The position numbers and the translations under genes are program-made. The notes below the pieces were generated by a model. It was given only the letters and a program-made list of their open reading frames with translations, had not been told where the DNA came from and did not search any database. This document shows positions 44,288 to 57,685 of a stretch of 64,000 nt of DNA, in pieces (position 1 is the first letter of the stretch; the number at the start of each line of letters is the position of its first letter). Source of the DNA: Eledone cirrhosa (Eukaryota); NCBI GenBank assembly GCA_964016885.1, contig OZ024745.1:35526001-35590000 (forward strand), given 5' to 3'.

Positions 44288-44293
<6 letters not shown>
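44024..44293 (+). mobile_element. PLE family-A-related 3' terminus with hammerhead, between (TA)n tracts
   Basis: Ends ATGACCCTCCAAAGTATAACAAT like 1666-1690. Confidence 0.8.
44090..44134 (+). ncRNA. Minimal type-I hammerhead ribozyme with intact core
   Basis: AGTCA-CTGAAGA-G-GTCACA(gagtg)TGTGAC-GAAA-GAAC-TA-TGACT: 5-bp stem I and 6-bp stem II. Confidence 0.82.
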
Positions 44294-44381
<88 letters not shown>

Positions 44382-44389
44382 ATATGTAC

Positions 44390-44438
<49 letters not shown>

Positions 44439-44442
<4 letters not shown>

Positions 44443-44631
44443 AAAAAGTATGACCCCGACGGCAGAGCTCAAGCCGTTTCGACAGCTAATTCTGGACAGA
44501 AATAGCCGTCGAAACGGCTTGAGCTCTGCCGTCGGAGTCATACTTTTTCCTATTTTCCACTCTACTACCCTAAGTATTGAGTACTCTGGTGCGTTATGGT
44601 CCATCTGGTTCCTTACCACAATTCCTTTGTT
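44439..44631 (+). mobile_element. Fold-back mini-insert of the PLE family B terminus
   Basis: Arms at about 44439-44489 and 44502-44553 share private variants; (TA)n flanks. Confidence 0.88.
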
Positions 44632-44645
44632 ATATATATATATAT

Positions 44646-44689
<44 letters not shown>

Positions 44690-44780
44690 CGAAGGAAATG
44701 TGGTAAGGAACCAGATGGACCATAACGCACCAAAGTACTCAATACTTAGGGTAGTAGAGTGGGTAATAGGAACGAGTAGG

Positions 44781-44875
44781 ACCCCGACGGCTGAGCTCAA
44801 GCCGTTTCGACGGCTAATTCTGGACTAAATGAACATTTTATCCTGGTATTTGAATAGCCGAGCTTCTCAGGGGGT
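44781..44875 (-). ncRNA. Type-I hammerhead-like motif with long stem-II loop and atypical CUGAGAA core
   Basis: Minus strand ACCCC-CTGAGAA-GCTCGGCTA(38 nt)TAGCCGTC-GAAA-CGGCT(tgagctc)AGCCG-TC-GGGGT. Confidence 0.7.
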
Positions 44876-45992
44876 AATTCCATATATGGTAAACGTGATT
44901 GTCACAAGGATTGGTCAAAAGTTTGTTGTTGAGACATAATAATTCTATCATGGCAATTTGTTGAGGGAAGGGGTAGCTGAACCTGCCAGTAGAAGAAAGA
45001 GGGAGAGGAGGTGGAAGAAACCCAGTCGTGCGTTGATAGTGCCAACTACGGCTGGGCAGGAGATCAAAGAAGATACTAGGAGGAAGTCGAAACAATAAGT
45101 AAAACAATATGGGGTAAATATATAGAAAAATACCGGGAGTGTTAAAAAACAATTAAGTGTAAAGAAAAAAACAATTTCTGGTTACTATAACCTAAGGACA
45201 GCTATCAAGTCTCTCACTGGTACTGCTAGACTAAAGAAAGGTTTACTAGGTGGGACGGAATTATAATGAGACCCTTTTAAGAGGTATAAGTAAACAACCG
45301 AATATATCTTACGGTGACGGGTCAACAAGTGGGGGGCCAAAATACTAAAGAAACTACCACGAAATAATAAATCAGAGTCCCGAGACCAGTACGAAATAAA
45401 GGTTTCTACCCCAGGCACAAAGCTAGCAACCACCCAGTGCAAAAAAAAACAAAAAAAAACACTAATACGAAATAATAATTCAGAATCCCGAAAAAGAATA
45501 CTAATACTATCTCTAAGGGTGCCGCCACGCTACAAAAATTCTAGTGCAAACTACGAAGTATATGTAAAAATTTGATACGGAAAATTAATTCAGAATAAAA
45601 ATAAAAAGAATAAATAAATACTGATATACAAGAAATTAGAGCAAAAATACCACTAAGAAATATAGAAAGCACGGAAAAGGTGCGGCCATCGGATAAGAAG
45701 GCTAGTATCCGGGGTCTAACACATCTGCTATAAAAAGCGGATTCGGCCAAATCTATCATAGATTAGGGAAGGGGGTGGTGGTACTGAGGCTACAAGGGAC
45801 CGAGGGCCTGCCTCGTCGGGTGGGCGAGAAAGTAAAAGGACGACGACAAAGAAAGAGGACTGGGGTGGAAAGACTAGGGAGGGATGGGGGGAAGAAGGAA
45901 ATATAGAGGAAGTAATAAAAAGATATAGAAGAAGATATTAGGTCTACCTTTGCAAGCAGGGGTTACCCGATACAAAATCGGCAAGTGGGGTG

Positions 45993-47388
45993 TTATAGTC
46001 CTAGTCTACCCCCCCCCGGGTCATTATGGGGTTTGAGGGCGAGGTAAGTCCTACGCAATCGGTGTTTACATGCAGTTACCAGTTCATCTTTCTTGTTTAG
46101 GAGTTGGTCCATCGAGAACAGCATTTGTAAAGTTTCCTCCGAGCATAAATTGCACGGACGGCGTCCTCCCGTGTAAGAGTTGGCTCTGGACAGTAAGCTC
46201 CAAGTGAGATCATAGGTAATATTGTTATCCTTGAGGTCCCATATGTGGCCCAAAAGTGTAGTGTCGTGACGCCGGGCCGGGTTTCGGAAGTTATGTCTGT
46301 GTTGGTATAGCCGGGTCTTGAAGTCACATGCGGTTAATCCTATATAGGCTTTGTTGGAGATGTCCGTCCTCACGTTGCACTGGTAGATTACATTACGATC
46401 TCTGCATCTGTTGTCGAGGGGGCAAATGGATCCATCAGGACAGTTGCACCTCCTGGTCGGCTCTCCACTGCTCTTTCGGTTATTTCTTCCATGGGGTTGA
46501 GTTTTTTGTTGTTAGAGGAGATGATGTTTTGTGCAAAGTTTGGTGTGGTGCTGTAGGAGAGTTTGATGGTATTTTTGTTAATTATGTTGTGGTAGCGGTG
46601 TTGTAGTGGGAAGTGTTTTTCAATGAGCCTAAAGAAGATTTTCCCGATAGGAGTTGTCACCTCGGCGTTGTGGGGAGGATTGAACCATGTTACGTTGCGT
46701 GAGCGGCGGTGTCGCCTGCTGGTTCTGCTAATGGAAGCTGGACAGTAGGATATTTTCTCCCGGAAACCACTCCGCTTGAGGGCCTGGTTGTAGTAAGGCG
46801 CATGTTCCTCGAATATCTGCTCATTAGCTGACAAACGAGATATGCGGAGGGAATTTTTTTAACCAGGTTATTGGTGATGTTCCTAGGATGGTTTGACCGG
46901 CGGTGGATGTAGTGCAGGTTGTCGTTAGGTTTCCTGTATGGGTAGTACAGATCATTATCGAGGTCAAGGGTAACATCCAGGAAGTTAACTCGGGTCAGGT
47001 ACGTTTGTAGGGTTATTTTAAATTCCCAGTCGCGGAAGAAGCTGATTAATTGTTTATGGACCCGATCTGTACTACTGGGGTTATACCCTTTAAGGATAAG
47101 GAGCCCATCATCACGGTACAATCCACCGCCGAATGCAGGAAACAAATCGGCGAGTTTGGCTATTAGGAATAATCCTATAAGATCTGTGACCTCAGCCGAA
47201 TCCGTCGCGCCCATGCTGACGTCGAAGGGTGAGTCGGGAGCTCTCTTTATCCATTTGGAGTTGTTGAAGAGTAAGACTGTCTTCCTGGCGTGGAGGATGA
47301 TGTTTCTTTCCTGGTCGGTGATGGGCACAAGTGTTTCGGCGAAGTCCAAGGCAGCCGTAAGTAGTGGTAAGGTGATTGAAGCATAGTA
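45993..47388 (-). pseudogene. PLE RT/GIY-YIG ORF with two frameshifts
   Basis: YASIT; FDVSMGATDSAEV; LYRDDGL; VNFLDVTLDL; YRKP; WFNPP; CNC...CPLDNRC...VIYQC...YIGLT...KTRLYQH. Confidence 0.93.
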
Positions 47389-47789
47389 ACTCTCTAAAAC
47401 GACTGGGTTTCTTCCACCCCTCTCCCTCTTTCTTCTACTTGCAGGTTCAGCTACCCCTTCCCTCCACAAATTGCCATGATAGAATTATTATGTCTCAACA
47501 ACAAACTTTTGACCAATCCTCGTGAGAATCACTTTTACCATATATGGAATTACCCCCTGAGAAGCTCGGCTATTCAAATACCAGGATAACAATTTTGTAC
47601 ATATATATATATATGTATATGTACGTATATATATATATGTGTGTGTATGTCGGTGTGTATCTGTGTGTTCGTGTGTGTCTATTTGCAAAGCGTGCTATGT
47701 CAGTGTAGAAATCATAAAAGTTAACGTTTCATTTTTCAAACAGTGACATAGTTTTGTAGCAAAATGATTTAGGAGTTAATTAGAATAAC

Positions 47790-47903
47790 TGTTTCTAATT
47801 TTGGCACAGGCCAGCAATTACCCAGTGTATTACTGGTACTTTATTTTATCGACCCCGTAAGGATGAAAGGCAAAGTTAACCTCGGCGGGATTTGAACTCA
47901 GAA
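47790..47903 (-). mobile_element. 5'-truncated SINE with 14-bp TSD
   Basis: TSD TTAATTAGAATAAC at 47776-47789 and 47904-47917. Confidence 0.9.
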
Positions 47904-48128
47904 TTAATTAGAATAACATCACTCACATCTAAACCCATATTGTCTTTTAAATTATGCAAGTCATAGATATAGCATCAGTTATCAACTTCAACTGAACTGG
48001 CGTGTGAACTGAAAGGGTTGTCCCATTGCAATGTTTTATGAGAAATGTATTGCACACACACACACACACACATACACAAAGATGCAACCACACATACACA
48101 CACATGCACACACACATACAGAGACACA

Positions 48129-48180
<52 letters not shown>

Positions 48181-48540
48181 TGTATGTTATGTAGCATCAA
48201 TGTATGTATGTATATATATATATATATATATATGTCCTTATACGATCTATTCCAGAATCTGAATTTGTGCTTCTATCTCCTTGCATATATATATATATAT
48301 AATATATATATATGTAGAAGTTATATTTAATTTGTTGGGATACAACAAACAAATATTTTTATAACTGATATAAAGCACTCAACAAATTATTGGAGTAAAA
48401 ATACGATAACAAATGGAAACTATATTTATAAAACCATATTTATTTCATTATACATATTTATTTCATTATACATATTTCATTATACATGGTCGCATTCTTG
48501 TATGTCAATATTTATTTATAAAACTGATCTATATTATATT

Positions 48541-48594
48541 TTATCTGATGAAAGCACACCATAATTTGACTTGGTGTCCTTGAAATATGTATAA
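48541..48594 (+). ncRNA. Type-I hammerhead motif in a fold-back insert (about 48314-48645)
   Basis: TTAT-CTGATGA-AAGCACACCA(10 nt)TGGTGTCCTT-GAAA-TATG-T-ATAA. 48413-48458 is an inverted copy of 48584-48629. Confidence 0.65.
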
Positions 48595-48661
48595 TGAAAT
48601 AAATATGGTTTTATAAATATAGTTTCCATCTGTTAATATATCGTAATATATATATATATGT

Positions 48662-48722
<61 letters not shown>

Positions 48723-48743
48723 TGTGTGTGTGTGTGTGTGTGT

Positions 48744-48775
<32 letters not shown>

Positions 48776-49089
48776 CTGTGTTTTTGTGTGTGTGTGTGCG
48801 TGCAATTAAACATTAATCATTTTAAGAAGAGCTTGCGGTATTTGAAATTGTAAACTTTGATCGTAAAAATTGCGACCAATCATGTTAAATTGTTGAACCC
48901 TAAAACAGGCGGATAAAAAAGACCTGGTGACGAAAAAGGTTGAATGAATACGTTGCAGGAACGGTAACGACACCATCTGGCATAGGTCAGATATGAGCTT
49001 GACTCCCCAAGTAAAATTGTCTGAGTTCCAAAGGGTAAATATATTACAGTTTATGTATACATACATACATAATTTATTATATATACATT

Positions 49090-49154
<65 letters not shown>

Positions 49155-49157
<3 letters not shown>

Positions 49158-50205
49158 AGATAGAAAAATGCGTACAGCAAAAGAAAGTAATATTGTTGTA
49201 ATATAAACCTTTAAAAATACAGGACAAGAAACTAAAATAAAACTTTAAAAGAATAGGACAAGAAACTAAGATAAAACTTTAAAGAATTGGACAAGAAACT
49301 AAGATAAAACTTTAAAGAATTGGACAAGAAATACAATAATATTAGTGGCAACATTTTTATTGGTTAAAAATCGAGTTCCACATTCATAGGCTCTGGGTTC
49401 CACATTCAGAGGTCGTCGTCAGACCGGGGGGGATCATTTGATCCTGGTTTGAACAACAATTGGGCCATAACCATACCCCTATTTCATCATTCGGCGACAC
49501 GCCTCATGTGTCATGCATAATGTGAATGGACCCATGGGCCCATGAGCACAGATCTTGAGCAGCAGCGGACGGTCTTGTCGTCCCGCTCATCCTTGATCTT
49601 GCCAAACCCGCCCATCTTCTCCTTGCATCTTGTCCTTGAGTTCAAGTCCGGCAGTCCAGATGAATGCGTGCCACAGCTTTCTGGTACATGAAGGGGGAGC
49701 AGGAGGACTGGAGGGATGACGGGACAGAGGGAGGGAGGCCCGGTGGTTGAGGGAGGTGCCGTAGTCGGTGGTCAGAGTCGACATCTTGTCCCGGTCGTCT
49801 TCTCCATCTTCGTCTGGTGTTGCGGGACCAGAAGTGCATTCTTGGAGGAGACCTGCAGCTGCATCGGCCAATTCTTCTTGCAATGGTGATTCTGACGGAG
49901 CAGAACTGCTCAGCCAACCAACCCCAACCAGAACCAACCGCTCAGGGGCAACGCACAATGAGAGCATGACAATTATTATGCACTAATCAAGAAGATACTG
50001 GGGCATAGCACAGGAAACGAATAAAAAAATTTTGCCACTAATATTATTGTAAAATTTTTTATTTCTTGTCTAATTCTTTAAAGTTTTATCTTAGTTTCTT
50101 GTCCTATTCTTTTAAAGTTTTATTTTAGTTTCTTGTCCTGTATTTTTAAAGGTTTATATTCCAACAATATTACTTTTTTTTGCTGTACGCATTTTTCTAT
50201 CTGGT
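49155..50205. mobile_element. Non-autonomous DNA transposon-like element with about 190-200 bp TIRs carrying 33-bp tandem units (possibly Academ-like)
   Basis: 49155-49361 and 50020-50205 are inverted repeats around a GC-richer core of about 660 bp. The family assignment is tentative. Confidence 0.75.
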
Positions 50206-50638
50206 CTACTATTTTTTAAGGCAAATGCAAGCAACAACTATCTAATAATTAATTGATCATAGTGAATTACTGACAAATGATTGAGATTTTAAAGTTCTTT
50301 TGAGTATAATTGCAATCTAGTTGAGGCAACTGGCTTAATGACAAAGCTACGTCATAATGACAAAGCTACGTCATTTCTGGATTACCTCCCCTAGCGTCAC
50401 GCTTACTACTCACTCAGTGAACACAAGATTTACCAGCAAACTTTGATTATAAACTTTTTCCCGCTGGACCAAATTTCTAGATTTTTAAGCCAAAAGATGC
50501 GTAATGATCTACTGTTCATGCTCATATAAGTTTTATCTCAGTTAAATAAAGTAGAGCCGCGCTGTACTGTCGTAAACGAAAACACGACCACAACAATATT
50601 ACTAAACGGACGGTAGTCCGTTTAGGATATATATATAT

Positions 50639-50754
<116 letters not shown>

Positions 50755-52829
50755 AAAATCCAGAACATGGTGCCAAGCAGCAAGCAGTTTCCGCATGTTT
50801 GTTCCGAAAGCCTTTTCTGAAAAAGGCTTGCGGCACCCACAAGCCATAGCCGCTTGGCACAGCGGTCTTGATTATACCTATTTCTATATCCACTCCTCAT
50901 CTCCCCATGCAATGACTACTTCCATGATTAGTGGTCTTTCAGGTCTCAGCACCACACTCGTTCTGTCTATACATATAACGTTTTCAGTAGACATTTTTCC
51001 TCGTTATTTAGCCTACGAAAATCTTTCCTGTTCAAAAGCTAACGTATGATGACAAATCTCTCAGCTTTTTATAATGGTAGTATATTATAACATGAACGTA
51101 TGTGTTGTCGAGTGGTTTAGATGCTTCCTTTCCAATCATGAGATCTGGTGGCCGACACTACTGCCTGCCACATGAATCTACTGTTTAGCCAAGTCCGCAA
51201 GGTTACCCAAGCTTTGAGAATAAAAATTTGATAGACGGGAAGTGTGAAGGTGCCCGTCGATTGGATCAGTATTCCAAAGATCCAGCCTTTCACATATTTT
51301 GCTATGCTTTTTTCCCCCCATGAATCATGTTAAGGGTACATGAATCTTCCCGAATTTAACTTTCAGTCGATCTAACAACTGAATACCCATCGATGAAGTC
51401 GACGGAGAATCTATTATCTTTTAAAATAAGCTTTCTTGTCGTGATTTACACATACTGTGTATGATCAATTCCCTCAAGAAAAAAAAAGTTAGATACTAGA
51501 TATTCTATCCGTAGACAATCGGAAGTAATAGCTTCGATTACTTTGATAATAAACAGTAGTATATGTCTTTTATATTATTTTAGTATCCAATGTAAAAATG
51601 AAGGAGAAAACACGTAATTATTTTCCTCCATTGGAAATTTACAATGATCCGAAAGATCGCTTTTTTTAGCACGTTTTGAGGGAGAAAAATGCCGAGAAGT
51701 ATATAAATAGAGACGATAGTGATAGATTAATGGATATTTGTCTAAATAGCACTGTCCTCTCAACTGTCTTATATAAATACAAGACATTGGTCGGCTCCTT
51801 TAGCAATTAACATTACTGAAATCGTTAAGGTGGATACAAGGATCACTGAGGAATAAATAAATCTCGAGGTGAAAGGTGACTTTAAATCATTCACAATGTT
51901 GGAAAGAGTTCAACAAATGATTGTATTGAATAAACAAGCGAATGAATTCTATTAAATCCATTTCCGTAGACATTACGCCTTTCTATCCTCTATTCTACAT
52001 TATTTCGTGGTTTCCTATAAGAAGACTTCACGTCCAATTTGTCAAGTTTGGTTGAGAATTCCTAATTATTTATCAGTTTATATTATGTTGTACACTTTCC
52101 GTAATATCAATAATGTCAGGCTAGGATCAAGCAGAAGATTAACGATGCCTTTCTAAAAAGGATCCATTCATATAGAATTCATCGATTAACTAGAAATAGT
52201 TTGATGGCTATTCTTGAGAAAATAGCATCAGTCATTTACATGAAAGCAAAGATAATGTTTATAGAAAAAGAGACCCACTCCCCTTTACACAGTGGAAGCT
52301 GAACTCTAACTTAACATCGCATTTTAAATGTTGTCACGTATGCATCATTGCATGGCAATACACATTTATGTATAACTTTAATTTTAATATTGATCATATT
52401 TTCAAGGAACTATTTAACGCATATTAGCAATAAACTATTCAAAACTGTGTTATTGGTGAAGCTTTTAATTTATATCCCTATCAGCTTGAATTAGAAATGA
52501 AACTTTTATGAAATAAAATCTTACCCTCCTAAAATATAAAGCAAACATTACAAACGTGATAGTAGAGCTTACCATATACTAAATATAAAGCAAATATGGA
52601 TGTTCATAGATTAAAAACGCTTTTGTTCAAAGTGCTACTTAATAAGGGTTGATCTGGTGTTAAATAACACCAATAACAACACCGACAACAACAAATATTC
52701 AAATATGCTGAAATATTTCCCTAGACCTGCACATAAAACATACAATAGTTGCTTTTCATTGAAACAGATTCTTATGTGACAATGTATGAGAGATTGAATA
52801 ACCAAGGGCTTATAAAAATATTCCACAAG

Positions 52830-53470
52830 AAATGCTCATCGCGAATAAATCATGAGCATGCTAGAGATCACCTTCTGACGAGTTGAATAATATCATATCG
52901 TTCGCAAATTCCAGTCGACTCATCCTATCTCCGCCAGTCGTGATATCACTTCCAACCCGGCTGCACATGTCAACAGTTGCCATGAAAATTACGAATAAAA
53001 GATTCTGCCACCAACATTGAACGAATTCGACTGAGTATCATTTATCTGAACACAAATGCTGTGGCATTTTTATAGAGACATCAGAGCAAGAAGATGCTGT
53101 TTATTGATCCCATACTCCTGTAGAACATTCCGCAACAGTTTTCCTGGAACACGATAGTATGCCTTTTCTTGGTCTACGAAACAAACATACATCTTTGCAA
53201 TATTCCCACTATTTCTCAAAGGCTGTGATGCGTGCGGGATGAAAACCAAACTTTTCGTCAGCTAACTTGGACACGACAATATCCCTACATCTAAAGAGAC
53301 TAAACATAGAGTTTACCGGGGAACCTTTTACAACGCCTCTTTGATTGTAGAAATCTCTTTCTTGTATCCCTTTTTGAGAATTGGGATTCTCACTATCAAT
53401 TTCCATTGTTTAGGTATCCTTCCAGAGATCTAGCCCACCCGGTACACGAGTCAGATAAAGAATGTCTTCT
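52830..53470 (-). mobile_element. Degenerate RTE-like LINE RT fragment
   Basis: Minus strand ISGRIPKQWK...IPILKKG; AYYRVP...VLQEYG; LFVIFM; LEFANDM (FADD-like). Confidence 0.7.
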
Positions 53471-55742
53471 CTGCTATTCTCCAGACAAAATTTTCAGTTA
53501 GTATTTTGCATTTAGATACTTTTCAAAAACATCGATATTTATTTAACCTCATTCAAAAGTATCATGTGGCTGTGATAAACACGGAATATAGTCACCAGAA
53601 ACTTTTAAGTAACTTCCTAGGTTCTAAAAGATAATGATTAACCTGGAAGAGCGTGAAATGGAACAAGAAATGATATGTTCATATTTACCTTTCTATAAAT
53701 TTCTATTATCTCACATTCCTATGAGATATAGAATATTCTATAAGTTGTCGAAATTATCTGCGAAGTTTATATTTACTACTTAAAAGAAAGCTATATATCA
53801 TACAAAGTTTCAAAATAATATTGGAAGTTTATATTTTAGTTTGAACGTTAGTAAGAAATAAGATCCTATAGGCTATTTACTTTATTTGTTTAAAAAGTTA
53901 TAAATTACTGATTTGTTTGACATAGTGTGCCCATTAGCAAAATGAAGGATATTGGTTATTTAGCAGATTCAAATATATGTTAAACATCATTTTGATCTTT
54001 GCTTTTTTAACGGTGATAAATCTAGTATGCCTTAATCTAAAATGTGGCATATTGATTTTAATAGTTCAGATATATTGAATCAACATTAATCAGTTATAAT
54101 AATGTAATAATAAATCTATTTCACAAGAAAACTTATTGAAGGTACACTTCAAAGTCAAGCACTAAATTATTTGGATAATGATCTATATATAGATGCAAAC
54201 GGCTAATGGATGTTTTCGCTTGCGTCGTCAAAACAATTGACTACATTCCATTGAAAAGGCACTGTCTCCATTTTGTATCATTGCAAATTAGTTCTAAATG
54301 GTAACATCAGTTCTCATTCTCGTAACTGAATATCGTATTGTCGCTAAAATTGATGCTTCGTTCCTGTGTCTGTAAACTAAATTATTCTTATCTCAAAATA
54401 GCCAGTAAAGCGTATTGCTGCAATAAATATCGAAAGCTATAAAACACAATTACAATCATCAATTGTTAAGGTGAATATCTCTAATAGTCATGATGATATT
54501 ACTAACAACGCTGCAGGTACATTTTAAACATTGACTGGCTGAAACATTCGCAAATATTAACCAAATTATTCTACATGGATAATAGGTACTGACGCAAACC
54601 TTTGGGCCATTTTTATCACACTATATCTAGATCATGTTGAAATCTATTTAGTTTCAATATCTAAGTTGTTAAACAATTCCAAATAATTTTATCTAATATA
54701 GATCGTCGTTTCCGCTTTGATCACAAACAACAGGACATGAGTCTGTTGTATTTTTAAAGAAAATTGTTAATTTCTACAAGTAATATAGATGAATTTATTG
54801 AATGTGCAGACGTTTTAAACATAGAAGATGGTTTAATATATCTAGTCACGTCACAATTAATTATACGTTAAGCTAAATCTGGAAGAGTGTTTATAGGTAT
54901 ATACGAGCTTGAGTGAAAAGAATGACGTTTAGTGCAACGGACCGACTACTAAGTGACTAAACATTAGTTGTTTTACTTATGTGATGTATGGGTACCAAAT
55001 TCTTTCATATATAGTATACCTATCCGCACCCAAGATATAAACTTCAGAATATCCTTTTGGTAATTATATCCTTTTTATGAATATATGTGCGAATCAGTGT
55101 ATGATTTATCGCTGATGCCAATGAATTATTAGATATTTGTCAAACAAAATGAGACTATGCAATTTCCTATTTCGGTTTGTCAGGTTTAGTGAAAGCCTTA
55201 TATTTACTTATATAAAACGTGTGCTGATAGATTAATATTCTGTTATATGACCTATTAGCTGCATTAGTCAGATATTAGCTATATTAGGCGGTTACATCTG
55301 AACAAAATTATAAACGCTTAATACCATCGTTGATATTAACTTTGGCCACCAGATTACTGCAGTCTTTTGTAATGTAATTTAATAAAGAATCAGAGACGTT
55401 GATTGTGTGGGGATCCTTTATTATATCTCCTCTGGTAAATCGCAATAGATTACTGTCCTTTTCCTTTTGATCAAGAGTTGATGTATTTCCATATTAGTAA
55501 TAAATATGTATGTGTATACAATTTTACATTGTTTCATATATGTATTACATTTATATAGACACACACATACACACATATGCACACACACACACACACATAT
55601 ATATGTATGTCTATGTATATATAAATATATATATATAGCGAGAGATACATATAATTATATATCATATCTTAACGGCCGTTTTCCTTGCTACATATATACA
55701 TACATACATATGCGCACATACACACATGTATGTACAGAGAGA

Positions 55743-55795
<53 letters not shown>

Positions 55796-56078
55796 AGAGA
55801 GAGAGAGAGAGGTGTCAGGATTTTACATATATCTATACCCACTCTGCATCTCCCCATGTATCGGGTACTCCCATGTTTCGTTATCTCCTTGGACTCAGCA
55901 CCACAGACTCTCTCTCTCTCGCCCTCTCTCTCTCGTTCTCTCTCTCTCTCTACTCTCTCTCTCTCTCTCTCTCTGTATATATATATACATATGTGTGTGT
56001 GAAAGAGTGACAGAGTGTGCGTAGACACCACACATATGAACGCGTGTGCATGCATACTCAGATAAACACATACATAAT

Positions 56079-56257
56079 TGTTTCTACTTTAAGCACAAGG
56101 CCACCAATTATCCAGTACATTACTGGTACTTTATTTTATCGACCTTATAAGGATGAAAGGCAAAGTCAACCTCGGCGGGATTTGAACTCAGACCGTAAAG
56201 GGACGTAACTATGCAGGTAAGCATGGCGTCCGACCCTCTACCGATACTGCCAATCCA
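56079..56257 (-). mobile_element. Full-length SINE with 7-bp TSD
   Basis: A and B boxes present; TSD ACATAAT at 56072-56078 and 56258-56264. Confidence 0.9.
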
Positions 56258-57263
56258 ACATAATGATAAGATGTATGTGTAAATGTGAGTTTAGTTGCTG
56301 TTTTCATGCATAGAGTTTAATATGTCTCCGTGCATATGACTATACATTTGTATATATAATTATGTACATCTATTCATTCCTGTGTTCGTAACTTTGTAAC
56401 ACTGTATACCAGTATTTAGGTGTTTGTATGCGTGTCAGTCTATGGATTTTATATATAGATGTGTGCATATATCTGTGTTGCTGGGTATGATAACATGACA
56501 ACATGAATCCCATTTCCTATCCGTTCATTTCATTTCCTTTTTCTGAAGCACTCGCTTCGATCAAAGGAATTCCTGTTGCCAACAATGTAAACCATTCCTT
56601 AAGCGACACCGTGTTATGTCCATTTTCTCATACACCTCATAGTTATCAATCCAATCAATATAGTTTCATGTCATACGGGAAGTTTTCTTTGATAAATCAT
56701 TCATATTTCTTTATTGTTTGCAAACGATTTTGCTTACAAAAATACTTAAGGATGCGATATAATTGGATTATGTCGTCATTAACATAGGTTTTCTAAAAAG
56801 GCTTATAAATATGAGTATATTACATATTACCAATATGTTCACGTAATATGAATTATCAATAGCATTACGTTTGCAACTATATTTAATGTTTCCTAATTTG
56901 CTTTGGTAAAGCTAATATCATGGAGGTTGCGTTATGAATTCATAAATTGTTAATTGAAAAATAGTCTCGGGCTTATGAATCGTGTATTCAGTTCTGCTTA
57001 ATATGTAAACTGGCATAAGTGTTTTTTCTATGCTTAACGGGCAGGGTAGGTGAATACGATTTGGAGCAAAGGAAATCAGGTATGAGGATGAGTTAATCGA
57101 CCTCTTTTTTCAAAACAAATTACGTATGAATAAAAAATATCTTTGTGTATATATGCGTTTGTAAATAGGTTAATATGTTACACAGAGACACTGAAGAACA
57201 AACATGAATTATGCGCGTTTCGATGGACAAAGACTGACGGGTAAACGGGAGATAGATGGCTGG

Positions 57264-57390
<127 letters not shown>

Positions 57391-57524
57391 ATATATATAA
57401 TTTGTGTTAGATGCTTAAAGCGTCCGTATGCGGTAGGCCGTTTGAGAACTCGATGTTTTCATAGAGCAAAGTATGATATCACAGAAAAAAAGAGTATCAG
57501 TGTTGCGACGAACGGAATTTATTG

Positions 57525-57608
57525 GACATATTACAATCGTTTCTCTCGCGACCAGCTCGAGGCACGATCGAACCTGACTTTGAAAATCGCAAGGTCCTCA
57601 GATACGTC
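57525..57608 (-). ncRNA. Type-I hammerhead ribozyme with canonical core and long stem-II loop
   Basis: Minus strand GACGTAT-CTGAGGA-CCTTGCGA(35 nt)TCGCGAGA-GAAA-CGATTG-TA-ATATGTC. Lies in an insert (about 57400-57634) between (TA)n tracts. Confidence 0.82.
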
Positions 57609-57631
57609 TTGATTCTACGAAGCAGATTTTC

Positions 57632-57685
<54 letters not shown>

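Larger units (their letters stand above)
44688..47589 (-). mobile_element. Penelope-like element family B, 5'-truncated, with a 1.3-kb 3' UTR and an inverted pseudo-LTR segment at the 5' end
   Basis: RT plus GIY-YIG pseudogene at 45993-47388. 47399-47589 is an inverted copy of about 44838-45029. (TA)n flanks. Confidence 0.93.

Noticed and set aside
49222-49332. 33-bp repeats as a CRISPR array
   Set aside because: Head-to-tail tandem units without unique spacers, inside a TIR of a eukaryotic element.
50765-50862. CTGAAAA-GGCTTG...CAAGCC hairpin region
   Set aside because: No GAAA box after the stem, so a ribozyme fold cannot be completed.
53209-53406. ORF with GVVKGSP resembling the PLE RT motif
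   Set aside because: Other frames match an RTE-type RT better; the resemblance is out of frame.
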